Shown: positions 27,367-38,021 of the stretch, piece after piece | Numbering within the stretch: position 1 is the stretch's first letter | Layout: every line of letters begins with the position of its first letter | Origin: a virus | Taxonomy: Duplodnaviria; Caudoviricetes | Virus record (IMG/VR): IMGVR_UViG_3300034161_000008 | Span: 1-64,000 of that record | Length of the DNA stretch: 64,000 nt | Strand: one strand, 5' to 3' | The notes under the pieces: model-generated | The model's input: the letters and a program-made list of their open reading frames with translations, nothing else | Told to the model about the DNA's origin: nothing | Databases searched by the model: none | Program-made: the position numbers and the translations under genes

Positions 27367-29592
27367 TTACGCTCGCAGGTCGAACGCAGTCAAAGGACGA
27401 TCGTAAGAAACCTGTACGCCATTCACCGTAGGAGGCTTAGGCTTCCAGCTTTGATCACCCACCACGCTACGGTTCTTGGCTGCAAACTTCTGACGCTTAC
27501 GTTCTTGAGCCTGACGAATCAGACCGTCGACCGAGTAGATCTCGTCAGTTTCCAAGATCACTTGCTGATCCAGTTTACGCAACTCCATCTCCAGACGCAT
27601 CGACACAAAGTCGTCTTGCTCGTTGGAGAGCTCGTCGTACAAGACTTCCATACGCTTGCGCAGCACGGCTTGCTCTTCTTTGATCCAGATCTCCTCTTGA
27701 GTTTCGGTTGCCTTGCCTGCGATGTTGGTCATGATCTTTGTCGGATCGAGACCGTACCACTCAGGCTTGTTAGCAAAGCCCAAGAACCAGTGAACCAACA
27801 GCCAGCCGATTACCAAGTCATCGTGCTCGCCATCAGGGTGATCCACCCGTCCGTTGCGATACTCGAGCGAAAGGATTTGGTCGATCAGCGATTTGTCGTA
27901 CACGCGGTCCGAGGCACGCTTGGTGGCGTTCTGCAAAGCCAGACCATACAGACCTTTACGGCTAGTCTTACCCGAAGCCGATGTAGCGTAACCAAAGGAC
28001 TTCTTGAAGCGCACGTAGATGTCTGGATTGCGGCGAGACATTGGCAGGCGAATCTCGTTGAAGTGGTCTGGGTTCTCTTCGTAGTCGTTGACCACGGTGT
28101 TGAACAGACGACGGAACGGATCGATGCCATGCATAGGCAACTGACGCAGCAGGAAGTCAAGCAGCATCGCACCAGTGGAACGACGCTCAATGACGGCAGT
28201 GATGTTTGGGAACCGGACCAACCACTCGCACACCCACTCCGAGAACGTAATCAAGTTCGTCTCGTTGTACGTACCGACTGCAAGAGTCTCCAAGTTCTCA
28301 ACGTCCACCAATACCAGAGAGATATCATCTCCGCCGGATGCTTCCGAGGTATCCATACCCAGGATGAACTTGCCATTGGCCAGACGGCGTTCAATCTCCT
28401 CTTCCGCGATGTACCAGCGAGTAACGTAGGAGTTGGTCCCAGAGATCGAGGTGTATGCCACAGTGCGGTGAGAGGCGGCAATCTTGGTACGTACCCATTC
28501 CAGCAATGGACTGGTCTGACTACCCGACGACCACATGTTGAAGAAATCTCGGTTGGCGTCATCGCCTTCAGCCAAAGCTTCCTCTACCTTCTCACGCAAC
28601 CACTTGTCATCCTTACCCAACTGGGTGTGATTGAAAGTAGCGTTCACAGCAAAGCGGCGTTTGCGCGAAGCACCACGAACCATGCGGTCCAGTTTCTTGT
28701 GGTTTTCAGCGTCAAAGAACATCTCGGTCCAAACGGCGGCATCCGATACGATGTTGTACACGTACGCGCCATCCTTGTCATCCTTACGACCCGCAGTCGT
28801 GGTCAGGATTGTACCGTACGGCGCTCCTACGCGCTTAGCGGCGTCCACAGCGGCACCCATGGCAGACAAAGCCGCAGGCAAAGCAATGGAGATGTTGATT
28901 TGGAACGGAGGTTCGTCGATGTGGAAGATTGCGGTGGTCAAACCACGACCCATGTTCAGTGCGCGCTTAGGCGAGGACTGTGGAACGTGAGTGGTGTAGG
29001 TGTTGCCCAGACGGTCTACAGAAATCTCTTCTGTGTTGTTGGAGTCGTGGCGAGTCTGTTGCTGTAGATATCGCGGCAGCTCATCCCGGATGTCTTTAAT
29101 CCGCTGGATGTTCTTACGGCGAAGGATATCGTCCTTGGTCATCAAGTTGATAGCCGTGTCCTTGCAGAGCACGTTGAGCAGCAGGTTCATCAGGATGTCT
29201 ACGTTGAAAGACTTACCCGTCTGACGAATCTGGATCAGGATGATGAAGATGTGGTTGAAGAAACACCAGAACAACGCAATGTTGCCACGGTTGGCTTCCA
29301 GAGGTACGGCGTCACTACCAGACATGGCAGGAGCTCGTGCACACTCACGGAAGAAGTACCATGGGTTTAAGCGACACTCAACGCCGATAGCGGCCATCTG
29401 AGCTTGAGTCAAATTCGGGTCATGCGGATCTACACCTTGTAGTGCAGGGTTTACCAGTGCCAAAAGGAATGCGTGGTTCTCAATCCCCATCGCACGATAC
29501 TTCGAAGCCAGTACAACCCAGCTACGATTCTTCGTTTCTGTATCTGGGATGGCGGTTGGCCACTTCGCCCAGTCTTCTAAAAACAAGATCAT
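27367..29592 (-). CDS. terL: Terminase large subunit
   Basis: Walker A QIRQTGKS, Walker B FHIDE, RNase-H-like nuclease LGMDTSEA and terminal HDDLVIG. Confidence 0.93.
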   Translation of the reverse strand: MILFLEDWAKWPTAIPDTETKNRSWVVLASKYRAMGIENHAFLLALVNPALQGVDPHDPNLTQAQMAAIGVECRLNPWYFFRECARAPAMSGSDAVPLEANRGNIALFWCFFNHIFIILIQIRQTGKSFNVDILMNLLLNVLCKDTAINLMTKDDILRRKNIQRIKDIRDELPRYLQQQTRHDSNNTEEISVDRLGNTYTTHVPQSSPKRALNMGRGLTTAIFHIDEPPFQINISIALPAALSAMGAAVDAAKRVGAPYGTILTTTAGRKDDKDGAYVYNIVSDAAVWTEMFFDAENHKKLDRMVRGASRKRRFAVNATFNHTQLGKDDKWLREKVEEALAEGDDANRDFFNMWSSGSQTSPLLEWVRTKIAASHRTVAYTSISGTNSYVTRWYIAEEEIERRLANGKFILGMDTSEASGGDDISLVLVDVENLETLAVGTYNETNLITFSEWVCEWLVRFPNITAVIERRSTGAMLLDFLLRQLPMHGIDPFRRLFNTVVNDYEENPDHFNEIRLPMSRRNPDIYVRFKKSFGYATSASGKTSRKGLYGLALQNATKRASDRVYDKSLIDQILSLEYRNGRVDHPDGEHDDLVIGWLLVHWFLGFANKPEWYGLDPTKIMTNIAGKATETQEEIWIKEEQAVLRKRMEVLYDELSNEQDDFVSMRLEMELRKLDQQVILETDEIYSVDGLIRQAQERKRQKFAAKNRSVVGDQSWKPKPPTVNGVQVSYDRPLTAFDLRA

Positions 29593-29653
29593 CTTGCAAT
29601 CTCCAGCAAGCGCTCACGTCCACCCCACTACAGGGTGGACGCGGCACTGCCTT

Positions 29654-31390
29654 TTACGGGTTGGTTTGACGAATCACCATGCCCGCAACAGCGAGCTGGA
29701 TGTCGTTGTCGTTGGTGCGTTTGAAGAACTCAATGAACAGCGTACCGTTGTTCGTGAGACCGTTGCCGACAATCATCTCCTGGTTCCACTGGGACATCTG
29801 GCATTCGATGCTCTGAGTGCCAGTTGCGTTGCTGAACTTGATCCGGAAGAAGTTAGGCACAGGTGCGGTGGCTTCTTTGGCCGGGTCGGTCAGCGGCTTG
29901 GCGTTCCAGTACAGTTGCTGCAACCAGTCTTCTTTCGAAGCAGCACCGAAGCCCAAACGCAGTTTCCAGTAGTTGTAGTTGACGAAGTCCGTTTCGGCGA
30001 AGATGTTCTTGCCGTACGGAGGGTTCTGTGCAGGATCGTAAGCTACGGTCCATGGCGTGCCCGCTTCGTCGCCTTCCTGAGCCAGTACCAGTTCGATCGT
30101 TTGGGTGAAGTTGTAATCCGCCCACAACGAGTTCACTGTTTTCAGGTTCAGTGTCACGATCAGCTTCTGGGAGATACCATAAGCTGTAGGGTCGAATGGA
30201 CGGCTGGAAGCGCCGATCTTGACCCATGGAGTGACCTTGAACACAGCCTGACGATCCAGGTTGTACATGAACCACTCCAGACGATAGCCCGACACTTTGT
30301 CGATCCAGACTGGGTAGCAGAACAGCTTGAGCGTGTAAGCGCCCTCTGCTTTGGTGGTTACTGCACGGAACGACTCGGTGATCGCGTGGTTCTCACCCAG
30401 CGTGGTTTGATACGCCACTTCGCCCGGAGACAGAGTGTACGCAGCGACGATTGGCAGTTCCTGACCGATGATGGTCGAGACGAAGTTATCGAAGCCCAGC
30501 AGGTTGAAGCGACCGTTGTTGTCGATGTTCTGTTCCTGCGAAGAACCGTCGGAGTAGTGAACCACCCCTTTGGCAACCAGCGACTTCAGCGGAACGTTGA
30601 TCGGGTACTGCAACAGACGCGGATCGGCAGCCGACAAGAACGGAGACTTGAGCGAGATGCCCGTCACGTACTTAGTCGAGGAGTCGGTCGAACGAATGAA
30701 CGCCGTGTTGATGATCCGGCACTGACGCCACGAGACCACAGCATCGAGGTCCGAGTAGAACACCACGGTCACCAATTCACCATCGAGCAACTTCTCTTTG
30801 GTGAAACACTGCATCACCGTTTTCTCGGCGTAGTTGGTAGCGGTGGAGATCTTCTTCAGTTCCAGTGGAACTTCGTCACCCAAGAGGTTGCCTTGGTTGT
30901 CGTAGAAGGTCGAGATCACCTTACCATTCGGCCCGAGGTTCGCACCCTTGAAGATCTTGGCGTACGAGCACATCGAACCACCCACCGACAAACGAGCATC
31001 CACAGACAACGTGAATGGCAGAGTCGATTGGTCAAGCAGCACACGGTAGGTATCGGCTTGAGTGCCGGGACCAGGGCCAGTCAGGATATCGTCGTCAGTC
31101 AGATCACCAGGATCTTTCGGAGGCACGATCGACTTCAGCGTAGCCACACCCGTGGTTTCGTCTACCGCAGTCACGCGATACCATTTCCACAGGTCGTTGT
31201 CCACGACGACGTCGCGAACGTTTGGAATCCAACGATGCTCACCAATGTCTGGCAATACCGCTGCGGAGCCATCGCCCAGGACGTACGCCCAGAGCTCCAA
31301 GATGTCCCACTGGGTCCAGCGACGCTCCGGCTCGTGAACCGGAACACCCCCATCACTACCCGTGACGTAAATCGTAGTAGGAGTCGTCAT
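29654..31390 (-). CDS. Virion structural protein (phiKZ gp26-like)
   Basis: 578 aa, beta-rich, in the conserved terminase-sheath block. Confidence 0.75.
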   Translation of the reverse strand: MTTPTTIYVTGSDGGVPVHEPERRWTQWDILELWAYVLGDGSAAVLPDIGEHRWIPNVRDVVVDNDLWKWYRVTAVDETTGVATLKSIVPPKDPGDLTDDDILTGPGPGTQADTYRVLLDQSTLPFTLSVDARLSVGGSMCSYAKIFKGANLGPNGKVISTFYDNQGNLLGDEVPLELKKISTATNYAEKTVMQCFTKEKLLDGELVTVVFYSDLDAVVSWRQCRIINTAFIRSTDSSTKYVTGISLKSPFLSAADPRLLQYPINVPLKSLVAKGVVHYSDGSSQEQNIDNNGRFNLLGFDNFVSTIIGQELPIVAAYTLSPGEVAYQTTLGENHAITESFRAVTTKAEGAYTLKLFCYPVWIDKVSGYRLEWFMYNLDRQAVFKVTPWVKIGASSRPFDPTAYGISQKLIVTLNLKTVNSLWADYNFTQTIELVLAQEGDEAGTPWTVAYDPAQNPPYGKNIFAETDFVNYNYWKLRLGFGAASKEDWLQQLYWNAKPLTDPAKEATAPVPNFFRIKFSNATGTQSIECQMSQWNQEMIVGNGLTNNGTLFIEFFKRTNDNDIQLAVAGMVIRQTNP

Positions 31391-33969
31391 CAGAATTTCT
31401 CTACGCGAATGAAAGGAGCAAGGTTGATCAGACCATTACAGTAGATCTTGACCGCACGGGCCAAGAACCGGTTCTGGTAGATACCCATGTCCACAGTTAT
31501 ATTCAGACAGTGCGGATGGATCGAGACGTAACGATCATCTACCTTGGTCTCCAGCTGAGTCGGGTCGTACTTGAGCAGATACTCGTAGCCCTTACAGATG
31601 TCCAGCACGTCAGCATCGTTGAACTGCTCGAAGATTCGAGGGTCGTCCAGGATACCGAGGTTCAGGTCACTGATCAGCTTCTGCACGAACGGGGAATACA
31701 CCACCCAGCGCTCTGGGATGATGTTTGGGCCGCTCTTCACAGGCTCTGGTAGTTTGATCGTCATGTAGTCGGAGATCGCGTTATCGATGACTATAGAGGC
31801 TGCGCGCAGCGTATAGGTATCGGTCGGAGTCATCCCCCGCAACGGAACCACGATGTCCCGGATCTGGTAAGGCACCCCGTTAGGAATCGTCGGCGTATAA
31901 ACGCCTGAGTCATCTTCAGAGAACTTCAGATCCTTACGATCCCACACACGACCACCCGCCACAATCCGCAGAATCTTGTCGTCACGAATATCGTAACGGC
32001 GGTTGTGCGACAGCATGCCGTATTCGACAAAGCCTGAGTCCAGCTGCTTTTGCAGAGAACCATCAGCTTGGCAGAAGCCAGACAAACGGACAGTGATCTT
32101 CTGGTTGTCCACGAATGGATTAACCAAGAACTTCTGGTTGATGATCACAATCTCGACGCCCCGGATGAAGTAGTCCACCCCATAAACCAGAGCATTGCCG
32201 TTCAACCACAGATCCAACTCACCCAGCAGAACCTCCAGCACCCGCTTGCCACGCACACCCAAACGAGTCTGGTAGTGAGTAAGGCTGAAACGATAGATGC
32301 CGTCCTGAGGATTGAGCAACAGGTCGTAGGTCAGGATTCGGCCATCGGTACGCACCAGTGTTTGGAACTTGGTACGATCAACCAGCCAATGCACAGCACC
32401 ATTAACAATGCTGTACTCCAAGCCACCCGTCACATCCGTCCAGACCTTACCAGCCACAGCGTTAACCACAGGGGTCACGTAGAAGCGATAGTTGAGGGTA
32501 GGGTCGATCACCACAGGCACGTCGCCGTAGTAATCGTCTGTGTCCTCACCGCTGGTCCCCGAAAGGATTTCTACCGTGCGAGCCAGATTACTGGAACAGG
32601 CATAAACAGAACCAATCGTGTGGTTGTGATAACCCAGTAGCTTGCCTTGGGCATCGTACTCGTATACGGTGGACTTGGTCTGCAAACCGTACGGAACGTC
32701 AACCAACTGCAAACCCGACGACAGTCGAGTAGTCTGTGGCGTATCGCCCAACAACTTGGCGATGGCGTTGTATCCGTAGGCTTGTTCAACCAGAGCTGGA
32801 GTGATGTCTTCACCATTGACACGCATGACCTTGGTGTAAGCCGAAGCTTCCAAAGTCTCAGCACGCCAGTTCTCCACCACCGAGTCCAAACCCAACATTG
32901 CTTTACGCAAGTCCAGATCGTTGAGTTTGTACAGCTCTTTAATACGGTTGTTCTCGTTGACCAGAGGACGCTCGTACCCGGAGTGACGAATGTGCAGACG
33001 CAACACTTTCCCACGCAAGTCGTCCACGGTCTGGCCGTTGGCGACAAAGCTGAGCAGGTTAGCCACAGGAACCGAGTAGTCCTTGTGAGTCACCATCCGA
33101 AGGGCATCCACGGCATTGCGATGGTAATAGACGCCTGTGTGGCTACCATCGTCTTTGCGCGTGAGCAGGAATACGTCGAGGTCGTCCTGATACTCGATGT
33201 TGTCTTCACCCGTTCCGGCCTGATGCAGGAGGTACTTGGTGTGAGGATCGAGGCTCGACTCAAACGTGCGCAGACTGTCGATCGGGAAATCAACTACCTT
33301 AAAGATAGAAGAGTCGTACACGTATTCGGCCACGTCATCGATCTTCACCGTCAATAGGTTCAGAGCCGATACCTTGTAGCCGTTCACGAATGCGTAGACT
33401 TGCCCCGGCAGCTTCTTGTATTTCTCGAACTCGTTCTGGAGCGTGGTGATCTGCTTAGTCGTGAGCATGCGACCACCACCGACACGGATAAAGTCATCCA
33501 GTGGATCAGAGCGCAGGCTGTTGAAATAAGCGTTGCTGTAAACACGCAAAAAAAGATCGTTGTAGCCCAGGTCCACCCCGATGCGGTCCTGCACCTTGAC
33601 TGCGACAATCAAGTTCTTATCGCGGGTCGTCATGAACCACGACTCCGTACGAGGGAACTCAACGCCCAGACCAGTGTACAGATCCACCAACATCTTTTCT
33701 TCGTTGCACGATTTGGCAAACGTAGTCCAGACGTTTCGTTTCGGGAACAGACCCATCAGCAAGGGATGCAGTTGGCCAATTTGGTATACGTGGAACCGCA
33801 CGCCCTTCTCAGGCAAAGCATAGTTCTGCCAGAGTACGGTGAACTTGGTCCAGACCCCTTCTTTGGGAGTGAGTCTGGCCAGTTTTACGATCGACTGCAT
33901 ATCTTGGTCTGGAGTACACCAGACGTTCTTGATAGCGTGATCAGTGATGAAATTGTACATGCAGCCCAC
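31390..33969 (-). CDS. Virion structural protein (phiKZ gp27-like)
   Basis: 859 aa, synteny. Confidence 0.75.
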   Translation of the reverse strand: MGCMYNFITDHAIKNVWCTPDQDMQSIVKLARLTPKEGVWTKFTVLWQNYALPEKGVRFHVYQIGQLHPLLMGLFPKRNVWTTFAKSCNEEKMLVDLYTGLGVEFPRTESWFMTTRDKNLIVAVKVQDRIGVDLGYNDLFLRVYSNAYFNSLRSDPLDDFIRVGGGRMLTTKQITTLQNEFEKYKKLPGQVYAFVNGYKVSALNLLTVKIDDVAEYVYDSSIFKVVDFPIDSLRTFESSLDPHTKYLLHQAGTGEDNIEYQDDLDVFLLTRKDDGSHTGVYYHRNAVDALRMVTHKDYSVPVANLLSFVANGQTVDDLRGKVLRLHIRHSGYERPLVNENNRIKELYKLNDLDLRKAMLGLDSVVENWRAETLEASAYTKVMRVNGEDITPALVEQAYGYNAIAKLLGDTPQTTRLSSGLQLVDVPYGLQTKSTVYEYDAQGKLLGYHNHTIGSVYACSSNLARTVEILSGTSGEDTDDYYGDVPVVIDPTLNYRFYVTPVVNAVAGKVWTDVTGGLEYSIVNGAVHWLVDRTKFQTLVRTDGRILTYDLLLNPQDGIYRFSLTHYQTRLGVRGKRVLEVLLGELDLWLNGNALVYGVDYFIRGVEIVIINQKFLVNPFVDNQKITVRLSGFCQADGSLQKQLDSGFVEYGMLSHNRRYDIRDDKILRIVAGGRVWDRKDLKFSEDDSGVYTPTIPNGVPYQIRDIVVPLRGMTPTDTYTLRAASIVIDNAISDYMTIKLPEPVKSGPNIIPERWVVYSPFVQKLISDLNLGILDDPRIFEQFNDADVLDICKGYEYLLKYDPTQLETKVDDRYVSIHPHCLNITVDMGIYQNRFLARAVKIYCNGLINLAPFIRVEKF

Positions 33970-33976
33970 CTGCCTT

Positions 33977-34891
33977 TTATTGGCCGACGATGTCGTTGGT
34001 CATTTTGATGACCGAACGCAAGTAGTTCTGACCAGCTTGGTTGCGGTCCTTGATCTCAGCCACGCGAGCGACTTGCGAGTTCTTGAACGTGCGGGACTGA
34101 TAGCATGCAGCAACGATGGCCAACCAAGTCGGCGGATGCTCGAGCGCTACAGCGATCATTTCTTTGTGGTTGTGGCCAAACCAGCTACCACCGAGCAGGG
34201 TAATCAGCAGCGCAGGATTGAGCTCTTTCAAGCGAACCGAGCCTGTGATCTTTTCCGCATGCGCACAAAAATCAGAAATACTCTGAAGGACAGGTAGATC
34301 CGACAACAGATTGTAAACCTGTTCGGCACTCGCACTAACGCTCATCGATACGGCTTTAACCACACGGCCAAGTTCACGCTCATCGAACTTTTCCGCGTCA
34401 GTGAACAAGCACTGGTAATGGTAAGCAGACAGCACCGCCAAGCGGAGTTGTTCTTCGGGGTCCAACACAAAGCGACGAGTAATCGACTCAGCCATCCATG
34501 CAGCAAAGATCTGTGCAGGGAGCTGGGAGATGTCGCGCAGAATGTTTGGCGTTTCAGTCAACCAAACGTAGTTCAACTTGGCGCGTAGCGTCGCGGTGTC
34601 GTACTGGATGCCATCGCGCACAACGAACGACGAAGTCATGCGATCAACCTTACCGAAAGGTCGGGCATCGTAAGCAATAAAGAACTGCTTATCGGAATCC
34701 TCGATCCAAAGGGGGTGCTCGAATTGCGGTACGGCGTCTACAACAGAACGACCGCCCTCAACAACGCGCACGCCGTTGGCCTGTACTTTCAGCTCACCGC
34801 TGATCCACGCACGTTGGATGGCGTCCACCGTTTTGTCCATACGAAAACCCTGCGTGGCAGTGGTATCGTAGGCTGTTTTGAAAATAGTCAT
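33977..34891 (-). CDS. Virion structural protein (phiKZ gp28-like)
   Basis: 304 aa, divergent from the sheath gene as in phiKZ-like phages. Confidence 0.72.
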   Translation of the reverse strand: MTIFKTAYDTTATQGFRMDKTVDAIQRAWISGELKVQANGVRVVEGGRSVVDAVPQFEHPLWIEDSDKQFFIAYDARPFGKVDRMTSSFVVRDGIQYDTATLRAKLNYVWLTETPNILRDISQLPAQIFAAWMAESITRRFVLDPEEQLRLAVLSAYHYQCLFTDAEKFDERELGRVVKAVSMSVSASAEQVYNLLSDLPVLQSISDFCAHAEKITGSVRLKELNPALLITLLGGSWFGHNHKEMIAVALEHPPTWLAIVAACYQSRTFKNSQVARVAEIKDRNQAGQNYLRSVIKMTNDIVGQ

Positions 34892-35006
34892 TTGGAGCGC
34901 CCCACCTTTTCCATATAAAGCCTTTAGGACGGTCGATATACTGCATTACTATGATGTACGACATCGACCCCGTTAACCATACCATTTAGCAATAGGACTG
35001 ACACAG

Positions 35007-37112
35007 ATGACAAGTCCCCTGAATGCTACCCCACAATCGATTCTGCTCGGTATTGATGACCAGAGTACGGTTGCGTTGGTGGCGGAAGCCGAACAGCTTC
35101 CTACGCACTTGCCGAAACTCTACTTCTACGCCAAGAAAGGTCCTACTGAGCCTCAATTGGTCGTGGGTAACAGCCGTTCCATCATGTACGGGGTCGACTC
35201 CTTTGACCTGCGTAAGCCCTGGGCTAACCACGCCACGGTGCTGGCCAACCTGATCAATGCTCAGGGTAACGCCGGTATGTACGAGCGCGTCAAACCAGCA
35301 GACGCTGGCCCGAACGCCTCGATCCGCGTATCGATCGACGTACTGCCTATGGCCGTACCGTTGTATCAGCGCAACTCCGACGGTTCGATCAAGGTCGATG
35401 CACAGAACAACCCAGTGCCTATGGCCGACGGTTCGACTACCACCGGTTATAAGGTCAAGTTCATCGGCGAGCCGATCGAATACCTGCCGCCTGAAGAAGA
35501 AGGTGGTGAGGCAATCTCCACTTACGGCCTCGGCGAAGAAGGTGCTGGCGACCAGGTCGACGAGCAATCGCAGACCACTTCCGTCCGCTACCCGCTGTTC
35601 GATACCGAGACTCCGGACTTCGGTGCCGACGGCAACCTGCGCGGTATCCGCCTGTGGGCTCCGACTACCAAGTCGAGCAACCCGATCGACCCTACCCTGC
35701 TGACGCAGAACAAGGTCTATCCGCTGCGTATGTCCTGCGTTCTGAAAGACAGCGCTGAGTCGACTCCGACTACCAAACCAACCACCGCTGCTGAGCAGTA
35801 CGTGGACATCGGTTTTGTGCCGGGTGCGATCAACAAGCGTACCGACAAGATCACTTTCGTTGAGGAAGTGTTCGTCCAGTCGTACCAGAATCTGGAAGAC
35901 CCATCGGTTCCGCCTGTCTGGGGCCCGTTCGGCAAATTCCATCTGTACCAGGAAAACGTCGACAAGCTGGTCAAGCTGTTCTACGCAGCTGAAAAGCCGC
36001 ACAGCATCGGCTCGGTCGATTTCGACCAATCCGAAGGCGAAGAGTACCGCTTCAACTTCATCGGTGGCACCGACTCTCAGGGCGTTCCGTACCAGTCTTA
36101 CATCTTCTCGAAAGATGCTGGCTCCGTGCGTCTGACCGAGAACTCGACCATCTATGCTTCGGGCGGTTCCGACGGCACCATGAACGACGTCGAGTTCGCT
36201 AAACTGGTTTCTGCTTCTGTGAAGAAGTACGCAGACCCGGACAGCGAGTTCCAGAATACTGCGAAGTATCCTGAATCGATGATTTGGGACTCCGGCTACC
36301 CGCTGGAAACCAAGTACGACCTGATCAGCTTTATCGCCAACCGTAAGGACACCGGCGTAGGCCTGTGCACTCACACCGTCGGCGGTGCTGAACTGACTGC
36401 TTCGGAAGAGTCGGCTCTGGCTGTTGCTCTGCGCACCCGTCTGGGCATGTTCCCAGAATCCGAAACCTTCGGCACCTCCGTGGTCCGTGGTATCGTGGTG
36501 GGTCGTTCGGGCAAACTGATCAACTCGCAATACACTCAGCCCCTGCCGCTGATCCTCGAGATCGCCAGCAAGACTGCCCAGTACATGGGTGCCGGTAACG
36601 GCAAGTGGAAATCGGGTCAGTCGTTCGACAAGGCTCCTCGCAGCAAAGTCACGATGTTCCGCGACATCAACGTCACCTTCACTCCGTTCACCGTCCGCAA
36701 CAAGGACTGGGCAAACGGCTTGAACTGGGTTGAGTCGTTCGACCGTCGTAGCTTCAGCTTCCCTGCTCTGAAGACCGCTTACGACAACGATACGTCGGTG
36801 TTGACCAGCTTCTTCACCATGATGGGCTGCATCGAAGTCGAGAAAGTTGCTGACCGCTGCTGGCGTGAATTCCGCGGTGTCGACACTCTGTCGAACGCGC
36901 AGATCATCAAGCAGGTCAACCAGTTCTTCAACGACAACCTGGTGGGCCGTTTCGACAACCGCTTCACCATCAACCCTGAAGCCTACTTCACCGCGCAGGA
37001 TATCGCGCGCGGCTACAGCTACTCGGTTCGTGTGAAGGTTTACGCCAACAACATGAAGACTGTCCAGACAATGGTTCTGGAAGCTCATCGCATTGAGGAT
37101 CTCGCAGCATGA
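35007..37112 (+). CDS. Contractile tail sheath protein
   Basis: 701 aa, very strong codon bias, sheath-like C-terminus (DSGYP...; ...YSYSVRVKVYANNMKTV), followed by the tube gene. Confidence 0.88.
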   Translation: MTSPLNATPQSILLGIDDQSTVALVAEAEQLPTHLPKLYFYAKKGPTEPQLVVGNSRSIMYGVDSFDLRKPWANHATVLANLINAQGNAGMYERVKPADAGPNASIRVSIDVLPMAVPLYQRNSDGSIKVDAQNNPVPMADGSTTTGYKVKFIGEPIEYLPPEEEGGEAISTYGLGEEGAGDQVDEQSQTTSVRYPLFDTETPDFGADGNLRGIRLWAPTTKSSNPIDPTLLTQNKVYPLRMSCVLKDSAESTPTTKPTTAAEQYVDIGFVPGAINKRTDKITFVEEVFVQSYQNLEDPSVPPVWGPFGKFHLYQENVDKLVKLFYAAEKPHSIGSVDFDQSEGEEYRFNFIGGTDSQGVPYQSYIFSKDAGSVRLTENSTIYASGGSDGTMNDVEFAKLVSASVKKYADPDSEFQNTAKYPESMIWDSGYPLETKYDLISFIANRKDTGVGLCTHTVGGAELTASEESALAVALRTRLGMFPESETFGTSVVRGIVVGRSGKLINSQYTQPLPLILEIASKTAQYMGAGNGKWKSGQSFDKAPRSKVTMFRDINVTFTPFTVRNKDWANGLNWVESFDRRSFSFPALKTAYDNDTSVLTSFFTMMGCIEVEKVADRCWREFRGVDTLSNAQIIKQVNQFFNDNLVGRFDNRFTINPEAYFTAQDIARGYSYSVRVKVYANNMKTVQTMVLEAHRIEDLAA

Positions 37113-37975
37113 GCCGTATCCGCGACGCAATTCTCGCAGAGAACACGGCCTACCACGTTGGCAAGACCAATCCCATGATTGATCTCCAATACGGCGGGCA
37201 GCAGGGCTACGCGCCCGATCTCACCGAATGGGTAAGCAACCAAGCTTACATTGGCAAAAACCTGATCTGCCTGCTGGTCGAGGCCCCTAAGGGCTTCGGC
37301 TACTTGCCGGACGCCGACGCATGGGTTGGTACTCTCCGTGCGCTGGTCGAGCTGCACCCAATGTCCATCACTGGTCTGTCGGCCGGTCTGGAAGTGGAAG
37401 TAACCGAAAACGCCGCTGGCGGTGCCGGTGAAATGCAGCAAGACTTCACTGACGTGAAACGTGCTCGTTCCAACCCAGTTTTCCGCTGGAACGAGAAATA
37501 CGGCATGCCGGTGCAGACCTTCCTGCAAGGTTGGATCACCTACCTGATGATGGACCCGGCTTCCAAGTACCCGAACGTTGCGACCTTGAGTGGTAGCAAA
37601 CCTACGGACTTGCTGGCCGACCAGTACGCAGCCACGATGATCTTCATCGAGCCAGATCCGACCCACACCAAAGTGGTTAAGGCCTGGCTGTGCACCAACA
37701 TGTGGCCAATGAACACGGGCGAGATGATCGGCCGTCGTGAACTGGCTGCTGCTGGTGAACCGACTACTTACGACATTCCTTTCACTGCGCTGACTCAGTT
37801 CGGCGCTGGTGTGGATCTGCTCGCTGAGAAGTTGCTGGCTGGTATCAACATCACCGGTGCAAACCCTTACCAGCGTCCTGCTTTCTTGGACGCCATCGAC
37901 GCCGACGTTCTGGCAGCCCGCAAGGGTTACGAGAGCCAAGTCGAAGAGCTGGGTTCGCAAGCAATCCGCGTATAG
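37109..37975 (+). CDS. Tail tube protein
   Basis: 288 aa directly after the sheath (ATGA coupling). Contains tube-like IFIEPDPT...KAWLCTNMWP. Confidence 0.85.
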   Translation: MSRIRDAILAENTAYHVGKTNPMIDLQYGGQQGYAPDLTEWVSNQAYIGKNLICLLVEAPKGFGYLPDADAWVGTLRALVELHPMSITGLSAGLEVEVTENAAGGAGEMQQDFTDVKRARSNPVFRWNEKYGMPVQTFLQGWITYLMMDPASKYPNVATLSGSKPTDLLADQYAATMIFIEPDPTHTKVVKAWLCTNMWPMNTGEMIGRRELAAAGEPTTYDIPFTALTQFGAGVDLLAEKLLAGINITGANPYQRPAFLDAIDADVLAARKGYESQVEELGSQAIRV

Positions 37976-38017
37976 CGGCATAAGGAGAGCAGCCTTTCGG
38001 GGCTGCTCTCTATGCTG
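37976..38017. terminator. Bidirectional hairpin with TATGC(C/T)G boxes
   Basis: CGGCATAA-GGAGAGCAGCC-TTTCGG-GGCTGCTCT-CTATGCTG between convergent stops. Confidence 0.72.
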
Positions 38018-38021
38018 TAAA